The notes below the pieces were generated by a model. The model saw nothing but the letters and a program-made list of their open reading frames with translations. It was not told the origin of the DNA and searched no databases. Shown piece by piece: positions 24,461-35,006 of a DNA stretch of 64,000 bases. The DNA is taken from positions 1 through 64,000 of IMG/VR virus record IMGVR_UViG_3300020431_000008; one strand, given 5' to 3'. The stretch's first letter is position 1, and the number at the start of each line of letters is the position of its first letter. This stretch comes from a virus. Its lineage: Duplodnaviria; Caudoviricetes. A program made the translations under genes and the position numbers.

Positions 24461-26140
24461 TTAGAAGTCCCCACCTTTGGGGGGTTTAATTTCAGGAGTA
24501 GTTGGAATTTCTCCAGACATCCCATTGATAGAACTTCCTGCACCATTTGGGGCAATGCCTCCCATTTCAGGTGAAGCAGGTTGGCCAGTCATTGGGTCAA
24601 CAGGCATTGCATTTGGGTCAGGAATTATTCCCTCTTCAATCTCACCTGCAATCAACTTATCCTGTTCAAGAATCTCAGCATCACTTTGTTGGAGGATATT
24701 TCTTCTGACATAATCATTAGAGTAGTACTTACCAACATAAGGTTCAACCAATGAAGCAAGATTAATTCTTTCAGTGGTCAGTTCTGTGTTCTTAAGTTCT
24801 GCAAAGTGATTATCATATAAGAAATCATACTGAATATGATCTTCCATGATCTCCCAATCATCTGTAGTGATAATATTTTTAAGTAGAAGTTGAGTCTTCA
24901 GCATATCATTGAACAGATCAGAGAATCTTTTTCTCATTCTTCCAACAAACTTGGAGAACTTGATCTCATCTCTTAGAATCTCAGAAGAACGACCCATTGA
25001 AAAACCTCCCTCTTGTTGAAGTCTGGTCTCAGGGACATTTAATGATCTATAAAGTTTCTTCTGAAAATAATTAATATCAGTAATTTCACCAAGATTTTGT
25101 CCACCAGGAAGTGTAGTAATTTCTGTTCCTCTACCACCTTCTCTTCTAGGTAACCAGAAATCTTCTAGCATACTCATATGCTTTTTATCATCTCTGACCT
25201 CACCAGTTGATGAGTCATAAACCAACTTGTTACGATATCTCATCATAACATCACGCAGATACTGTTCTGCTTTTACCTTTGGAAGATTGCCAACATCAAT
25301 ATAGAAAATTCTTCTTTCTGGTGCTCTTGAGAGTCTGTAAATAACTAGACTATCTTCAATCATCATTAACTGATTGAGAGGTTTAATTGCTTTATGTAAC
25401 CAGGAAAGAGTTGATCCTTTGTTTCTATCTACCAAACCTGAAGTACAATAGGCAACAGAATCACGAGTCATTCTGATTCCCTTTCCATCACTAGTATTAC
25501 CAGTTCCATATCCATTGGTATTTCCTGTCTGAAATCCTCCTGGATTGTATATAAAATACTCTTCAATTTCAGGAAAATTATATGTTGAAGGGTTGTTACT
25601 ATTGACAGCTAATCCAGTTTCTTTTGGTTTTTGTGCTTGACGAATATAACGCATCTTAGACGCATCAATATATCTTAGTTCTTGGATACCATCTTGTGGT
25701 CTCTTTTGGTCAATGACCTTGTTATAGTATAGTCTCCCATCAATATACCAATTCCTAAAAATTTCATGGGATTTACTATCAAAGTCTAGAAGTTCAAGAA
25801 TATATTTGAATTCTTCTCTTATCTTTCTTTTGATGCCATCACTTGCTCTAAGATTTGATAACTCAAGACTAACTGGGCTATCATTTGTATCTGAAACAAT
25901 TGCTTCATTTACGATATCTTCAATGGCACTATCACATTCAGGGTAAAGTGCCATTGATCTATATCTTCTGATCAATTCATTTTCATTTTTGTAGACACCT
26001 TCAATATCTACATAAGAACCATAAAACCCAGAGCTAACATAGTGATCCGATCCATCCTGGTTAGAAGGAGGGACCGGTGATACTAGACCTGGGGGATTCT
26101 TTTCATTATCCTCAATTGAGAAACCAAATAATCTCGCCAT
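24461..26140 (-). CDS. gp20: Portal protein gp20
   Basis: RNWYIDGR, YRLSRAPERRIFYIDVGNLPK, EDFWLPRREGGRGTEITTLPGG. Confidence 0.99.
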   Translation of the reverse strand: MARLFGFSIEDNEKNPPGLVSPVPPSNQDGSDHYVSSGFYGSYVDIEGVYKNENELIRRYRSMALYPECDSAIEDIVNEAIVSDTNDSPVSLELSNLRASDGIKRKIREEFKYILELLDFDSKSHEIFRNWYIDGRLYYNKVIDQKRPQDGIQELRYIDASKMRYIRQAQKPKETGLAVNSNNPSTYNFPEIEEYFIYNPGGFQTGNTNGYGTGNTSDGKGIRMTRDSVAYCTSGLVDRNKGSTLSWLHKAIKPLNQLMMIEDSLVIYRLSRAPERRIFYIDVGNLPKVKAEQYLRDVMMRYRNKLVYDSSTGEVRDDKKHMSMLEDFWLPRREGGRGTEITTLPGGQNLGEITDINYFQKKLYRSLNVPETRLQQEGGFSMGRSSEILRDEIKFSKFVGRMRKRFSDLFNDMLKTQLLLKNIITTDDWEIMEDHIQYDFLYDNHFAELKNTELTTERINLASLVEPYVGKYYSNDYVRRNILQQSDAEILEQDKLIAGEIEEGIIPDPNAMPVDPMTGQPASPEMGGIAPNGAGSSINGMSGEIPTTPEIKPPKGGDF

Positions 26141-26173
26141 TATTATTTAAACTAGTTCTGTTCTAGTTATTTA

Positions 26174-26809
26174 TCATTGAATCAGAGTCTGCCCTGCTGC
26201 TCCTCTGTTTGCCTGTGTAGAATTGCCAACTGTGAAGTACTGAACCTGGAAGGTTACAGTAAAATCTTCAATCTGGTCACTGTTATCATAACTAAGTTCA
26301 ATAGCACTGACTTCAGTGGGGAAGATGTCATAGAACTTATAAGTTCTAAGTTCTGATGAAGTTCCGCCAACATTTTTGGCAGAATTAGCAGTTCTTCCTC
26401 TACCAAGTTGTGTTACATATGCATCAGTCATATATGATGAAGGGTTAGTAACACCAGTAGAATCACTTAGTCTATTCATAGTATTCATCCAAATCTCAAA
26501 AGCAGTTCTGAGTTGGAAATCCTCATCATTGATGACTGTAACAGTCCAGGGTTCAAAGGTCCTGTCACCTGCAACTTTCAGAGTTCTACCTCTGAAAGGA
26601 ACAGGCACTTCTGCCATCGTTGATGCAGGAAGTTGAGCTGCCTTTGCTAAGAAACTGAAAGTTGATGCTTCTCTGCCTGAACCAGTTCTCCAAACTCTAT
26701 CACCTACTGCAGATGGGAAAGATGGAAGTGTGACTTCGAATAGATTGGAACGGGCACCACCGCCCGCCAATCTGTTCTTAAACTGAGAGAGTGTTCTTGT
26801 GTCTGCCAT
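26174..26809 (-). CDS. gp19: Tail tube protein gp19
   Basis: GGGARSNLFEV, PFRGRTLKVAGDRTFEPWTVTVINDEDF, IEDFTVTFQVQY. Confidence 0.98.
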   Translation of the reverse strand: MADTRTLSQFKNRLAGGGARSNLFEVTLPSFPSAVGDRVWRTGSGREASTFSFLAKAAQLPASTMAEVPVPFRGRTLKVAGDRTFEPWTVTVINDEDFQLRTAFEIWMNTMNRLSDSTGVTNPSSYMTDAYVTQLGRGRTANSAKNVGGTSSELRTYKFYDIFPTEVSAIELSYDNSDQIEDFTVTFQVQYFTVGNSTQANRGAAGQTLIQ

Positions 26810-26842
26810 TGTTGTGTCCTCTTATAAGTTAATTAGTAGATA

Positions 26843-29044
26843 TCAAAGTGAACCAACAACTTCATCAAAACTGACTCCAGTTCTGGTAGCAACAAATGTC
26901 AGAGTGACATAGTTGATTGCTCTGGTTGGCTTGATAAAGATGTCTGCTCTAAACTCATTGTTATCAATAATGTCAGGAGTGTTGTTTGTGGTGTCACAAA
27001 TAACAACAAACTCAAAAATACCTCTCTGTGCCTGAACATCCCTTAAGTAAGGTTCAACAATGTTAATGAAGTTTGATCTAGTCTCATCATCATTTAATTC
27101 AAAGAGTTGATCATTTGCTGCACTTTCAAGTGCTTGCTCAACAGTGAGGAACAGTCTTCTAACATTGATTCTGTCAAAGGCAGAATTGTATCCAAGACCA
27201 GTCTTGTCACCAAACAGTACAATACCTTGACCTGCTTGATTAATTACAGAGTTAATTCTGTTACCATACAGAACATCTCTTTGTGCTTTGTTGGGGTTAA
27301 ATGCTAACTTAACAGCATTGTTAATGGTTCCTCTTTGTTGTCCAGCAGGGGAGAACCAAGGGAATGCTTCAATGCTTGTTCTTACCATTAATCCAGCAAT
27401 ATCTCCATTAAGTGGGATATATCTAAAGGTATTATTGAATCTGTCATACATGTACTTGTATCCAGAATCAAATACTGCATATGAGGAAGATGTCAATGGT
27501 GAGTAGAATTTCACCAGTGCATTCTGTTGCTCATTAGTGATTGTTTGACCAACAATATTTGTCCTATCAGGTGAAATAGTAGCAATACAATCTTTTCTTT
27601 GTTCAGCAATAGAAATCAGAAGATTTGCTTTTGCTTGTGTTTCTACAAGACTTCCGCAACCAGGACCCATGATAATATAATCAACTGAAATCTCATCCCT
27701 GTTAGAGAAGAGATTATATGATTCAGTCAGATCACCTAGATCTGCATTCATACCCCCATTTGCACTATAATCTTGACCACCTAAGAATGCATAGGTAGCA
27801 TTGCCAATTACAGCATACTGTGTTCCTTGAGCATTTTGTCCCCAAAGACCACCACCAGGGGTGATTTTTGTAAATCCAGAACTAAATCCAGAAGCAGTTG
27901 GGACTGTATTGTTGTAGGAATCATTGTCAACTGATAGATTTCTTCCTGCAAACACATACTGCGAATTCAGTGCAATAAAATCTTTATACCAGGACTTGGA
28001 TGGTGCATCACCATCAGTCTCTCCATCAAGTGCCTTAGACAAGAAAGTATGTCTCTCCAGGATATTACCTTGAATGCCAGTTACCTTGCCTTCATCATCA
28101 ATCACTGCTACATGAAGAGCATCATTTCTACCCTTTCTCTGTGCAACATAATTTGTTGTAAGAGGTTTTGGAGCAATAGACTTCCAATATAATGTAGAGT
28201 TAGTCAGACCAAGTGTCTGCTCATCATACCAGTCAACTGCAGTGACTGCAGTGAAACTTTCAGCTACTGCTTCCTTACCTGTTTGTATTCCAGCATTGTT
28301 ATAGATCTCAATGGAATCTAATGCCTCAACAGATCTAGCAGGATCATTCTGTTGATAATCCATAACTGTTTCAGTTCCAGCACTTGAAACTCTTGAAACA
28401 ATTCTTACATCAATAGAACTGTTGCCACTTACAGTATCAGTGGTAACACCTGTGATAATGCCTTTGATATATCCATTGAATAAAGATGTTGTACCTGCTC
28501 CAGGAATAACTGCACTTGAAAGAACTGCAGTTATCCCATATCCAGTGAGAATATTTGATTCAGCAAGACTTGTTGTATTGATTCCAATAATTTGATCTGC
28601 AGCATTATCAATGAAGCAAACTTTTAATCCATCTGCCCAAGAACCTGGGTTTCTAGCTGCAAAGTTGAAATCCGATGCTGTAGAGTAATTTAGAGTGTAG
28701 TCATCATAACTCTTAATTTTCAGAGTAGTGGTAGATGCTATACCAACTCCTGAATTAGAATTCTTGAGATTGTCTCCATCTGTTCTTACAACCTTAAGGA
28801 CTCCTCCATAGGTCAAGTACTCAGAAGCTGTGAGCCAATACTCATAGTGTCTATCATTATTTTGAGGTTCTCCAAATGCTTGAAGAAGTTCTCCTTGAGT
28901 ATTGATATCAGTAGGTTCATCAATTGGACCCTGTGTAAAGGGTGCAGCAATTGCGCCAATGTTATCCAGTACGTTATCAGCTCTTCCGACTGTTAAATCA
29001 ACCTCCCTGACTATTACGCCTGGAGATAATTGAGGAGTCGCCAT
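26843..29044 (-). CDS. gp18: Tail sheath protein gp18
   Basis: LSPGVIVREVD, WFSPAG..RG, GDKT....SAFDRINVRRLF, IFIKPTRAINY. Confidence 0.98.
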   Translation of the reverse strand: MATPQLSPGVIVREVDLTVGRADNVLDNIGAIAAPFTQGPIDEPTDINTQGELLQAFGEPQNNDRHYEYWLTASEYLTYGGVLKVVRTDGDNLKNSNSGVGIASTTTLKIKSYDDYTLNYSTASDFNFAARNPGSWADGLKVCFIDNAADQIIGINTTSLAESNILTGYGITAVLSSAVIPGAGTTSLFNGYIKGIITGVTTDTVSGNSSIDVRIVSRVSSAGTETVMDYQQNDPARSVEALDSIEIYNNAGIQTGKEAVAESFTAVTAVDWYDEQTLGLTNSTLYWKSIAPKPLTTNYVAQRKGRNDALHVAVIDDEGKVTGIQGNILERHTFLSKALDGETDGDAPSKSWYKDFIALNSQYVFAGRNLSVDNDSYNNTVPTASGFSSGFTKITPGGGLWGQNAQGTQYAVIGNATYAFLGGQDYSANGGMNADLGDLTESYNLFSNRDEISVDYIIMGPGCGSLVETQAKANLLISIAEQRKDCIATISPDRTNIVGQTITNEQQNALVKFYSPLTSSSYAVFDSGYKYMYDRFNNTFRYIPLNGDIAGLMVRTSIEAFPWFSPAGQQRGTINNAVKLAFNPNKAQRDVLYGNRINSVINQAGQGIVLFGDKTGLGYNSAFDRINVRRLFLTVEQALESAANDQLFELNDDETRSNFINIVEPYLRDVQAQRGIFEFVVICDTTNNTPDIIDNNEFRADIFIKPTRAINYVTLTFVATRTGVSFDEVVGSL

Positions 29045-29126
29045 GTTTTTCTCCTAAAGTGTCTCAGTTTAACTAAAAATATTTATGAAAAAAGGCATTT
29101 TGAGTGGGGAAAATTGTGGTGAACAT

Positions 29127-29360
29127 CTACCAATCAGGATACTGCCAGTCCACAAATGGATTAAGATTCTTTCTGCTTTCTAATATTCTCCTTATAGTGC
29201 AGTCTTTGCATTCATATGAATAAGAAGATGCTACTGGTCCTCTATCCTTTCTAGTTCTATAGAAACCAGAAATCAAGTCTTTACTCTCTCCACAGGATCT
29301 ACATGTTCTTATGTCAAGTAAGAGATGACCAAGTTTTATCTGCTCATCAAAGTTCATCAC
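29127..29360 (-). CDS. Small CxxC...CxxC zinc-finger protein
   Basis: CRSC...FYRTRK...YECKDC; ATGA overlap with gp17. Confidence 0.7.
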   Translation of the reverse strand: MMNFDEQIKLGHLLLDIRTCRSCGESKDLISGFYRTRKDRGPVASSYSYECKDCTIRRILESRKNLNPFVDWQYPDW

Positions 29361-31015
29361 CTATAGTCCCACATGTATGACAGTTCTCCGTATTCTGATG
29401 GGGATGCTGTAGACCACCTGTCTCCTTCATCATCCACAAAACTAGTATCATCAAATCCATCGCTAACAAAACCGAAGGGTGCCATATCTTGTTCAATCTG
29501 ATTTTTTTGTTCTTCATATAATCTCTTTCTGACATCTTGATCTGTAAGTTCTTTGAAGTAATCTTGTGCTACCAACCAAGCATAAATCACCAGACACATA
29601 GCAAGGTCATCATTGCAACCTTCTTCTGCTTCAAATGATCCATGTTTAGAAATAAATGTAGTCAGTTCAGATATGATTTCATAGTCACAGAAGTGTAACT
29701 TGTCTTCCTCAATCATTGTCTTGAGGTTGAGTGAACCAATCTTTTTAACTGTCTTAGACATCTTAACTCCCAACTGGGTCTTGGTTCCAGAAAAACCTTG
29801 ACCTACAACCTGACCTGCTCTACCTCTCATAGAACACATCAATATATTCTGATACTCTAAGTCATATTGCAGAATAGATGCTACTTGATCTCCAACATCA
29901 TTGACTTCACAGAGAATAAATGCTTCATTATATTTCTTTGCTATATCATATATCACACTAGGAAATAGCATAGGTTTGATAGTATTGTCTCTATACTTCC
30001 CTACAACTTTATGAGGAAATTCTGTTATATCAACAACAATAAAAGCAGAGTAATCGTTACCAACCCCACGTGCAACATCAACAGTAATTGCGTAATCATG
30101 TTTATCTCTTGGTGGTTCATAGATATCTAAACCAGCATTTGTTTTAATAGGTTTTTCATATACCAAAGCTTTCAATTTGCTTGCCGCAATTAATGTATCA
30201 ACAGATCCTAAAAATTCACATTCAAACTCAATCTTAAACTGTTGATCAGATGTGTTAGCAATAGTTTGTTCTTTCCACTTGGAATCCCTTCCAGGAACTT
30301 CAGACCAGTGAACATCTGTGGGAACATATTGATTTCTACCTCTTTCAGCATCATGCCACATTCTATAGAAGTGGTTCATGCCATGAGGCGTAGAAACAAT
30401 AATTACCTTTGTTGATTTACCAGAAGTAATAGTAGGATATACAGATGCAAAGAAGGCATCTGCAATATGGTTTGGAACAAAGGCAAACTCATCTAGGAAG
30501 AGAATGTTAAATGACATACCTCTGACAGCACTTGCAGATGTAGAAGCTGCCAATATCTTACTGCCATTCTCTAACTCTAAAGAACCTTTATTCCATGATA
30601 GAATGCCCTGTTGCATCCATTTAGGTAAGTTTTCATATGCAATTTGCAATCTACTTAAAAGTTCTCTAGCAGTAGATGCCTTATTTGCTAGGATGCCAAT
30701 ATTAACACTATCATTAAATACAGCATAATGAAGAAGAAATGATACTACAGTAGTAGACTTTCCAGTCTGACGTGGCATCTTGCAGATATTAAATCTATTC
30801 TCATGGAAGTTCCTTACTAACTTCTCTTGGAAGTCATACAATTTAAAAGGTTGAAGACCATGGTCCAGAGTCACAATCTGGACATAGTTTTTAGCAAAGT
30901 AAACTGGATCTTGCTTGCACTTAATATACTCCTGAATTTGCTCTTGAGTAAATTCAATGGAAGTATTTGCTTTTTTTAAATTAGGATTTCCTAGATATAT
31001 ATTCTCATTATTCAT
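29357..31015 (-). CDS. gp17: Terminase large subunit gp17
   Basis: MPRQTGKST, ILFLDEFAF, IVSTPHG, TVDVARG, NDDLAM; 552 aa with no insertion. Confidence 0.98.
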   Translation of the reverse strand: MNNENIYLGNPNLKKANTSIEFTQEQIQEYIKCKQDPVYFAKNYVQIVTLDHGLQPFKLYDFQEKLVRNFHENRFNICKMPRQTGKSTTVVSFLLHYAVFNDSVNIGILANKASTARELLSRLQIAYENLPKWMQQGILSWNKGSLELENGSKILAASTSASAVRGMSFNILFLDEFAFVPNHIADAFFASVYPTITSGKSTKVIIVSTPHGMNHFYRMWHDAERGRNQYVPTDVHWSEVPGRDSKWKEQTIANTSDQQFKIEFECEFLGSVDTLIAASKLKALVYEKPIKTNAGLDIYEPPRDKHDYAITVDVARGVGNDYSAFIVVDITEFPHKVVGKYRDNTIKPMLFPSVIYDIAKKYNEAFILCEVNDVGDQVASILQYDLEYQNILMCSMRGRAGQVVGQGFSGTKTQLGVKMSKTVKKIGSLNLKTMIEEDKLHFCDYEIISELTTFISKHGSFEAEEGCNDDLAMCLVIYAWLVAQDYFKELTDQDVRKRLYEEQKNQIEQDMAPFGFVSDGFDDTSFVDDEGDRWSTASPSEYGELSYMWDYR

Positions 31016-31039
31016 AAATTAATCTTTCAAATATTTAGA

Positions 31040-32368
31040 TCAACAGTTCCAAGCTCTGAGTGATTTGGACAGTCTATCATCACCAGTGTTATTGGAAGGT
31101 TTCTGCCTCTTTCTCATCCCTTTCATCCTTGCACAGAATGATGTTCTTCTCTTGTTGCCAACCTTCTTTGAAGGTGCCTTCAAATCAGAACCAGGATTTT
31201 CTTTTTCATAAGACTTACGACCCTTCTCATTTAAACCACCTGAAGAGTTTTTACCAGACTTTTTTGTCCAAGCAGCTCCTTCACTCATATCACCACCTTC
31301 ACCTTCATCATGATCTTCATCTTTCATCAAGTCACCATTTGGCATTACATGATAACCTTTAGGAATTGACTTACATTTTTTGGAATCATTGCAGTAGTAC
31401 TCACCTTTAGAGCAACTCTTACTAGATTTTTCATGTTCTTCAACATGAAGAAGTGTTTCTCCAGGTTGAAAGGGAGTGATTTCATATCTCATCACTCTAG
31501 AACCAGGATAGATTCCATCAAGCGCTTTTTCAACTTCTTCTCTAGCAGGTCTTTTAATTTCTGGAAAGAAGATCTTCATCATCATATACTTGCCTCTCCA
31601 GGTAAATCCAACTAGATAGACATTGCCATTCTGTGAAGGCATTCTTACTGCTTCAGTCACCTCTTCAGTATAGTAACCTGTGTTGTTGCAATGTCTACAA
31701 CCTTCACCCATACACTTAGGACATTCTTTCTTCATTTTTTCTCCATGTGTCACACATGGATCTTTGCCACACCCACAATTCTTCTTCTCCTCTATTACTT
31801 CTACTTCTTCTTTGACAGATTTCCATCCACCACCTTTTGACTTATACCACTTAGATGCATATCCGTTAGCATAAGCAGAGGGGTATACATCAAATTTTGC
31901 TCTTGCCTTTGCTTTTGCCTGTGCCCATAATTTTGGATTAGTGGGTTTATTTTCCTCTTCAAAATATTCTAGATCTTCAGTTGCAAAGTGTCTATCCAGA
32001 ACTCTTGCAACAATAGGACTTGATTCTTTCATGGGGTTAAATGATTCGTGATTGTCTCCAGATGGATGCTTGTCATAGTCATCAGTATCTTTGAAAGTTC
32101 TGACCATTGTTGGTTTAGCACCACCAGATTTCTTTTGTTGACCTTTGTCTTCAGATCTCTTTCTTCTCACAGCAGAGTTGATCTTTGCTTCGCCTTTTTT
32201 GCCCTGTGCCTTAAGACTTGCAAGTCTTTTAGAAGAGAAACACTTAGGTGTTTTGCCTTTGTCTTCTTTTTCATTAGCACATGGAGATCCATCTGATTGA
32301 ACCCAACCAGGTTTTCCTCCTTTTGATTTGGATTTACCAAACCAATCTCTAAGGTCTTCGTTAATCAT
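31040..32368 (-). CDS. Modular basic protein (442 aa), possible internal head protein or polyprotein
   Basis: Distinct Lys-rich modules (KPTNPKLWAQAK...YPSAYAN; AAWTKKSGKN..GGLNEKGR..SFCARM; Cys clusters); TATAAATA upstream at 32388. Confidence 0.75.
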   Translation of the reverse strand: MINEDLRDWFGKSKSKGGKPGWVQSDGSPCANEKEDKGKTPKCFSSKRLASLKAQGKKGEAKINSAVRRKRSEDKGQQKKSGGAKPTMVRTFKDTDDYDKHPSGDNHESFNPMKESSPIVARVLDRHFATEDLEYFEEENKPTNPKLWAQAKAKARAKFDVYPSAYANGYASKWYKSKGGGWKSVKEEVEVIEEKKNCGCGKDPCVTHGEKMKKECPKCMGEGCRHCNNTGYYTEEVTEAVRMPSQNGNVYLVGFTWRGKYMMMKIFFPEIKRPAREEVEKALDGIYPGSRVMRYEITPFQPGETLLHVEEHEKSSKSCSKGEYYCNDSKKCKSIPKGYHVMPNGDLMKDEDHDEGEGGDMSEGAAWTKKSGKNSSGGLNEKGRKSYEKENPGSDLKAPSKKVGNKRRTSFCARMKGMRKRQKPSNNTGDDRLSKSLRAWNC

Positions 32369-32402
32369 ACCAAATGAGAGTTTCTTTTATTTATAATTAA
32401 TA

Positions 32403-32861
32403 CTAATTTTCAATAGTATCAGTGAGATCATCTGGCCAAGTTACCATTTCTGGTTCAGATACTGAAGATGTGATATCTCTCAGTTTTTGCATATAAGTAT
32501 CAAGTTTACTGATACTATCTGTTGTGGTTGTTATTCCAAGTCTTACTTCACTTTGATATCTAAAAATTCTCCATTCAGCTTCTTTAATTTTTTCATTTCT
32601 AGTTTCTCTAATTTCTCCCCAAAGAGCAAGAGTTTTAGATGCAATTTCTTCTTCAGTTAAAGCAATAACTTCCCATGCTGATCCATTCCAAATAACTTTT
32701 TCAGTATCACTAAATGATGGATTTTCTCCAGCAAGCACATATCCAGCATCAGTAATTTCTTCTTCAGTAAATGTAGAAGAATCTGTGCGAGTAAGACCAG
32801 AGGAAAGACGAATTCTTTCTGGTAAAGGTCCTGGGAATTGATTGTTATGTGAATAAAGCAT
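32403..32861 (-). CDS. Tail fibre assembly chaperone-like protein
   Basis: C-terminal W..IRETRNEKI...W....YMQKLRDIT.......VTWP pattern; follows fibre-like genes. Confidence 0.75.
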   Translation of the reverse strand: MLYSHNNQFPGPLPERIRLSSGLTRTDSSTFTEEEITDAGYVLAGENPSFSDTEKVIWNGSAWEVIALTEEEIASKTLALWGEIRETRNEKIKEAEWRIFRYQSEVRLGITTTTDSISKLDTYMQKLRDITSSVSEPEMVTWPDDLTDTIEN

Positions 32862-32869
32862 TTTAGATT

Positions 32870-34039
32870 TTAATAAACAGCAACATATAAACTATCAGTG
32901 GGGTCCATTACAGAGCTAGCGTATCCAGTTAAAGCATGAATTACTCTAATATATTCACCACCAGAAAATGTATATGTAGGACTTCTCATAACAGCACCAC
33001 TATATCTAGTAGATGAACTGGTTTCACGATATGCATAATATTTGGAGTTGTCTTGAGCAATCTGTGCATCTCCCACTGATACAATAGTACTAGATCCCCC
33101 ATCTGCAGTTAATTTATATGTATCACCAATACCATTATCTGCACCAGTGTATGGAGAACCTGTTGATGTTGCTGTAGAAAATCTACCAGTACCAAGAGTG
33201 GTGGACATAGTTGAATAAGTATAACCAGATGCTGTCTGAGGAGTCACAGGAAATCCTAGTGAAGAAGTTCCAGATATTTGTGATGTATAGGTCTGCCATC
33301 CAGAACCACTACCTCCATTAGGAGTATTAAATATCCAGGATGATACAAGAGTGGTGCCACTTAAAACTTGAACTCCTGCAATTGGAATATCATTATAGTA
33401 AACTGTTGATGCAGTAACTTTCACTCCAATATATACTCTCCCTGTTCCAGAAAAGTTTGTTTGAACCTCTCCAACATCATATGGACCATTATAATCAGCG
33501 TTGGTGTTACTCATATATGCACCAGAATCAATAAATCTATTACTAATTTCATAGAATGATGATGTAATATCTTGTCCTATTGCAGTAGCAGCATCTGCTA
33601 TCGTTAAATTTCCTGTCTCAGATAGGATATCACCACTAATTGAACCTCTTCTAATTTCAATTTTAACAATATTTGATTCTGATAGATCATCTCCAACTGG
33701 TCTAATAGAAAAACTTCCAGAATTATTAGTAATTGCAAAACTTCCAGATACTGATCCACTATTAAAATCAGAACCAACTACCGTTGTTCCAGAAACAGTT
33801 GCAATACTATAATACAATGTTGTACCATCGGGCATGCCGGATGTAGTCACAGTAATTGTATTATTTGTTTCCTCATTTAAAGAAGTTCCATTACTATTTG
33901 AAACAGATTCTACTTGAAATTGAGGCCATTTATCAGAAATTTTTGAATTGTATTGATCATAGGTATCAAATAAACCACCAGCAGCGGTTGTTGATGTTGA
34001 TTGTTTTGAACCAATAATTCCTGAATTACCTCTCATCAT
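32870..34039 (-). CDS. Ser/Thr/Gly-rich virion or fibre-associated protein with an Ig/Calx-beta-like segment
   Basis: MRGNSGIIG start; GTTLYYSI...DFNSGSVSGSFAITNNSGSFSI..VGDDLSE. Confidence 0.7.
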   Translation of the reverse strand: MMRGNSGIIGSKQSTSTTAAGGLFDTYDQYNSKISDKWPQFQVESVSNSNGTSLNEETNNTITVTTSGMPDGTTLYYSIATVSGTTVVGSDFNSGSVSGSFAITNNSGSFSIRPVGDDLSESNIVKIEIRRGSISGDILSETGNLTIADAATAIGQDITSSFYEISNRFIDSGAYMSNTNADYNGPYDVGEVQTNFSGTGRVYIGVKVTASTVYYNDIPIAGVQVLSGTTLVSSWIFNTPNGGSGSGWQTYTSQISGTSSLGFPVTPQTASGYTYSTMSTTLGTGRFSTATSTGSPYTGADNGIGDTYKLTADGGSSTIVSVGDAQIAQDNSKYYAYRETSSSTRYSGAVMRSPTYTFSGGEYIRVIHALTGYASSVMDPTDSLYVAVY

Positions 34040-35004
34040 ACATCTCCAGTATTAGTTGATGGGAATGCTCTTCCAGCACCCCAAATAATTCTTACTGCTC
34101 CAGGTCCACCCTTACCACCTTTGTTATCAGTGCCACCGCCGCCACCACCACCAAAGTCACCACCAGTTCTTGGTTCGGTTCCATCAACAGGATTATAGAA
34201 AATACTTGATGTTGTTATATCACCACCACCGGCATATCCATCACCACCATCAGATCCTCCACCACCAGCACTATTATTTGTCACAGTTCCACTAGAACCC
34301 TCTCCAAGGAGACCTGTTCCACCACCTCCATATCCCTTGTCAACACCATTGTTTCCTCCACCTGCACCGCCGCCACCAGATCCATCGGTGGGATAATTTC
34401 CAATTCTATCATATCCACCATTGCCACCATTACCAGAATATCCTCCAGCTCCACCACCCCCTTGTGGACCATATCCACTAGAGACTGGTGCAATTACTCC
34501 ACCACCATTACCACCACCATCACCAGTATAAGTTCCACCACTACTGGTTGAGTTGTATTGTCCACTACCTCCTCCTCCTCCTTTTACAGTAGAATTGTTG
34601 ATGAAATAACTAGCGCCACCAGAACTATTACTGTTGGGGTAATATCCAGCATCACCGCCATACCCAATAGCAACAATATATGATTGTCCAGGTGTTACAG
34701 GAATATTATTTTTCCATCCAAGACCACCACCTCCGCCAGCACCTATAGAATGAGTTCCGCCATTATAGTACAATCCGCCACCTCCACCACCAATACAAAC
34801 AACACAAACAGAAGTTACACCAGCAGGAGCAGTCCAATAATAGACAGATGTTGTATTACCAGATGATCCTGAATGTGTATAAGTTGCCTGTCCTCCCAAC
34901 ACATTTGGGTTTAAAAATATTGAATTTGCATCATAAATGGCACTGTCACTAGAAGATAACTCACCTTTCCCTACTATACTTCCGTTTCTGGTATAAAATG
35001 GCAT
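34036..35004 (-). CDS. Glycine-rich virion or fibre protein
   Basis: WTAPAGVTSVCVVCIGGGGGG...GGGGGLGWKNNIPVTPG...GGPGAVRIIW Gly-rich domain. Confidence 0.8.
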   Translation of the reverse strand: MPFYTRNGSIVGKGELSSSDSAIYDANSIFLNPNVLGGQATYTHSGSSGNTTSVYYWTAPAGVTSVCVVCIGGGGGGLYYNGGTHSIGAGGGGGLGWKNNIPVTPGQSYIVAIGYGGDAGYYPNSNSSGGASYFINNSTVKGGGGGSGQYNSTSSGGTYTGDGGGNGGGVIAPVSSGYGPQGGGGAGGYSGNGGNGGYDRIGNYPTDGSGGGGAGGGNNGVDKGYGGGGTGLLGEGSSGTVTNNSAGGGGSDGGDGYAGGGDITTSSIFYNPVDGTEPRTGGDFGGGGGGGTDNKGGKGGPGAVRIIWGAGRAFPSTNTGDV

Positions 35005-35006
35005 AA

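Noticed and set aside
29357-31015. Intein or intron in the terminase large subunit
   Set aside because: Length (552 aa) and motif spacing are normal; the same holds for gp46, gp47, UvsW and gp20.
34036-34800. CCACC/GGTGG repeats as a CRISPR-like or other non-coding array
   Set aside because: They are glycine codons of an intact ORF, with no constant repeat and regular spacer structure.
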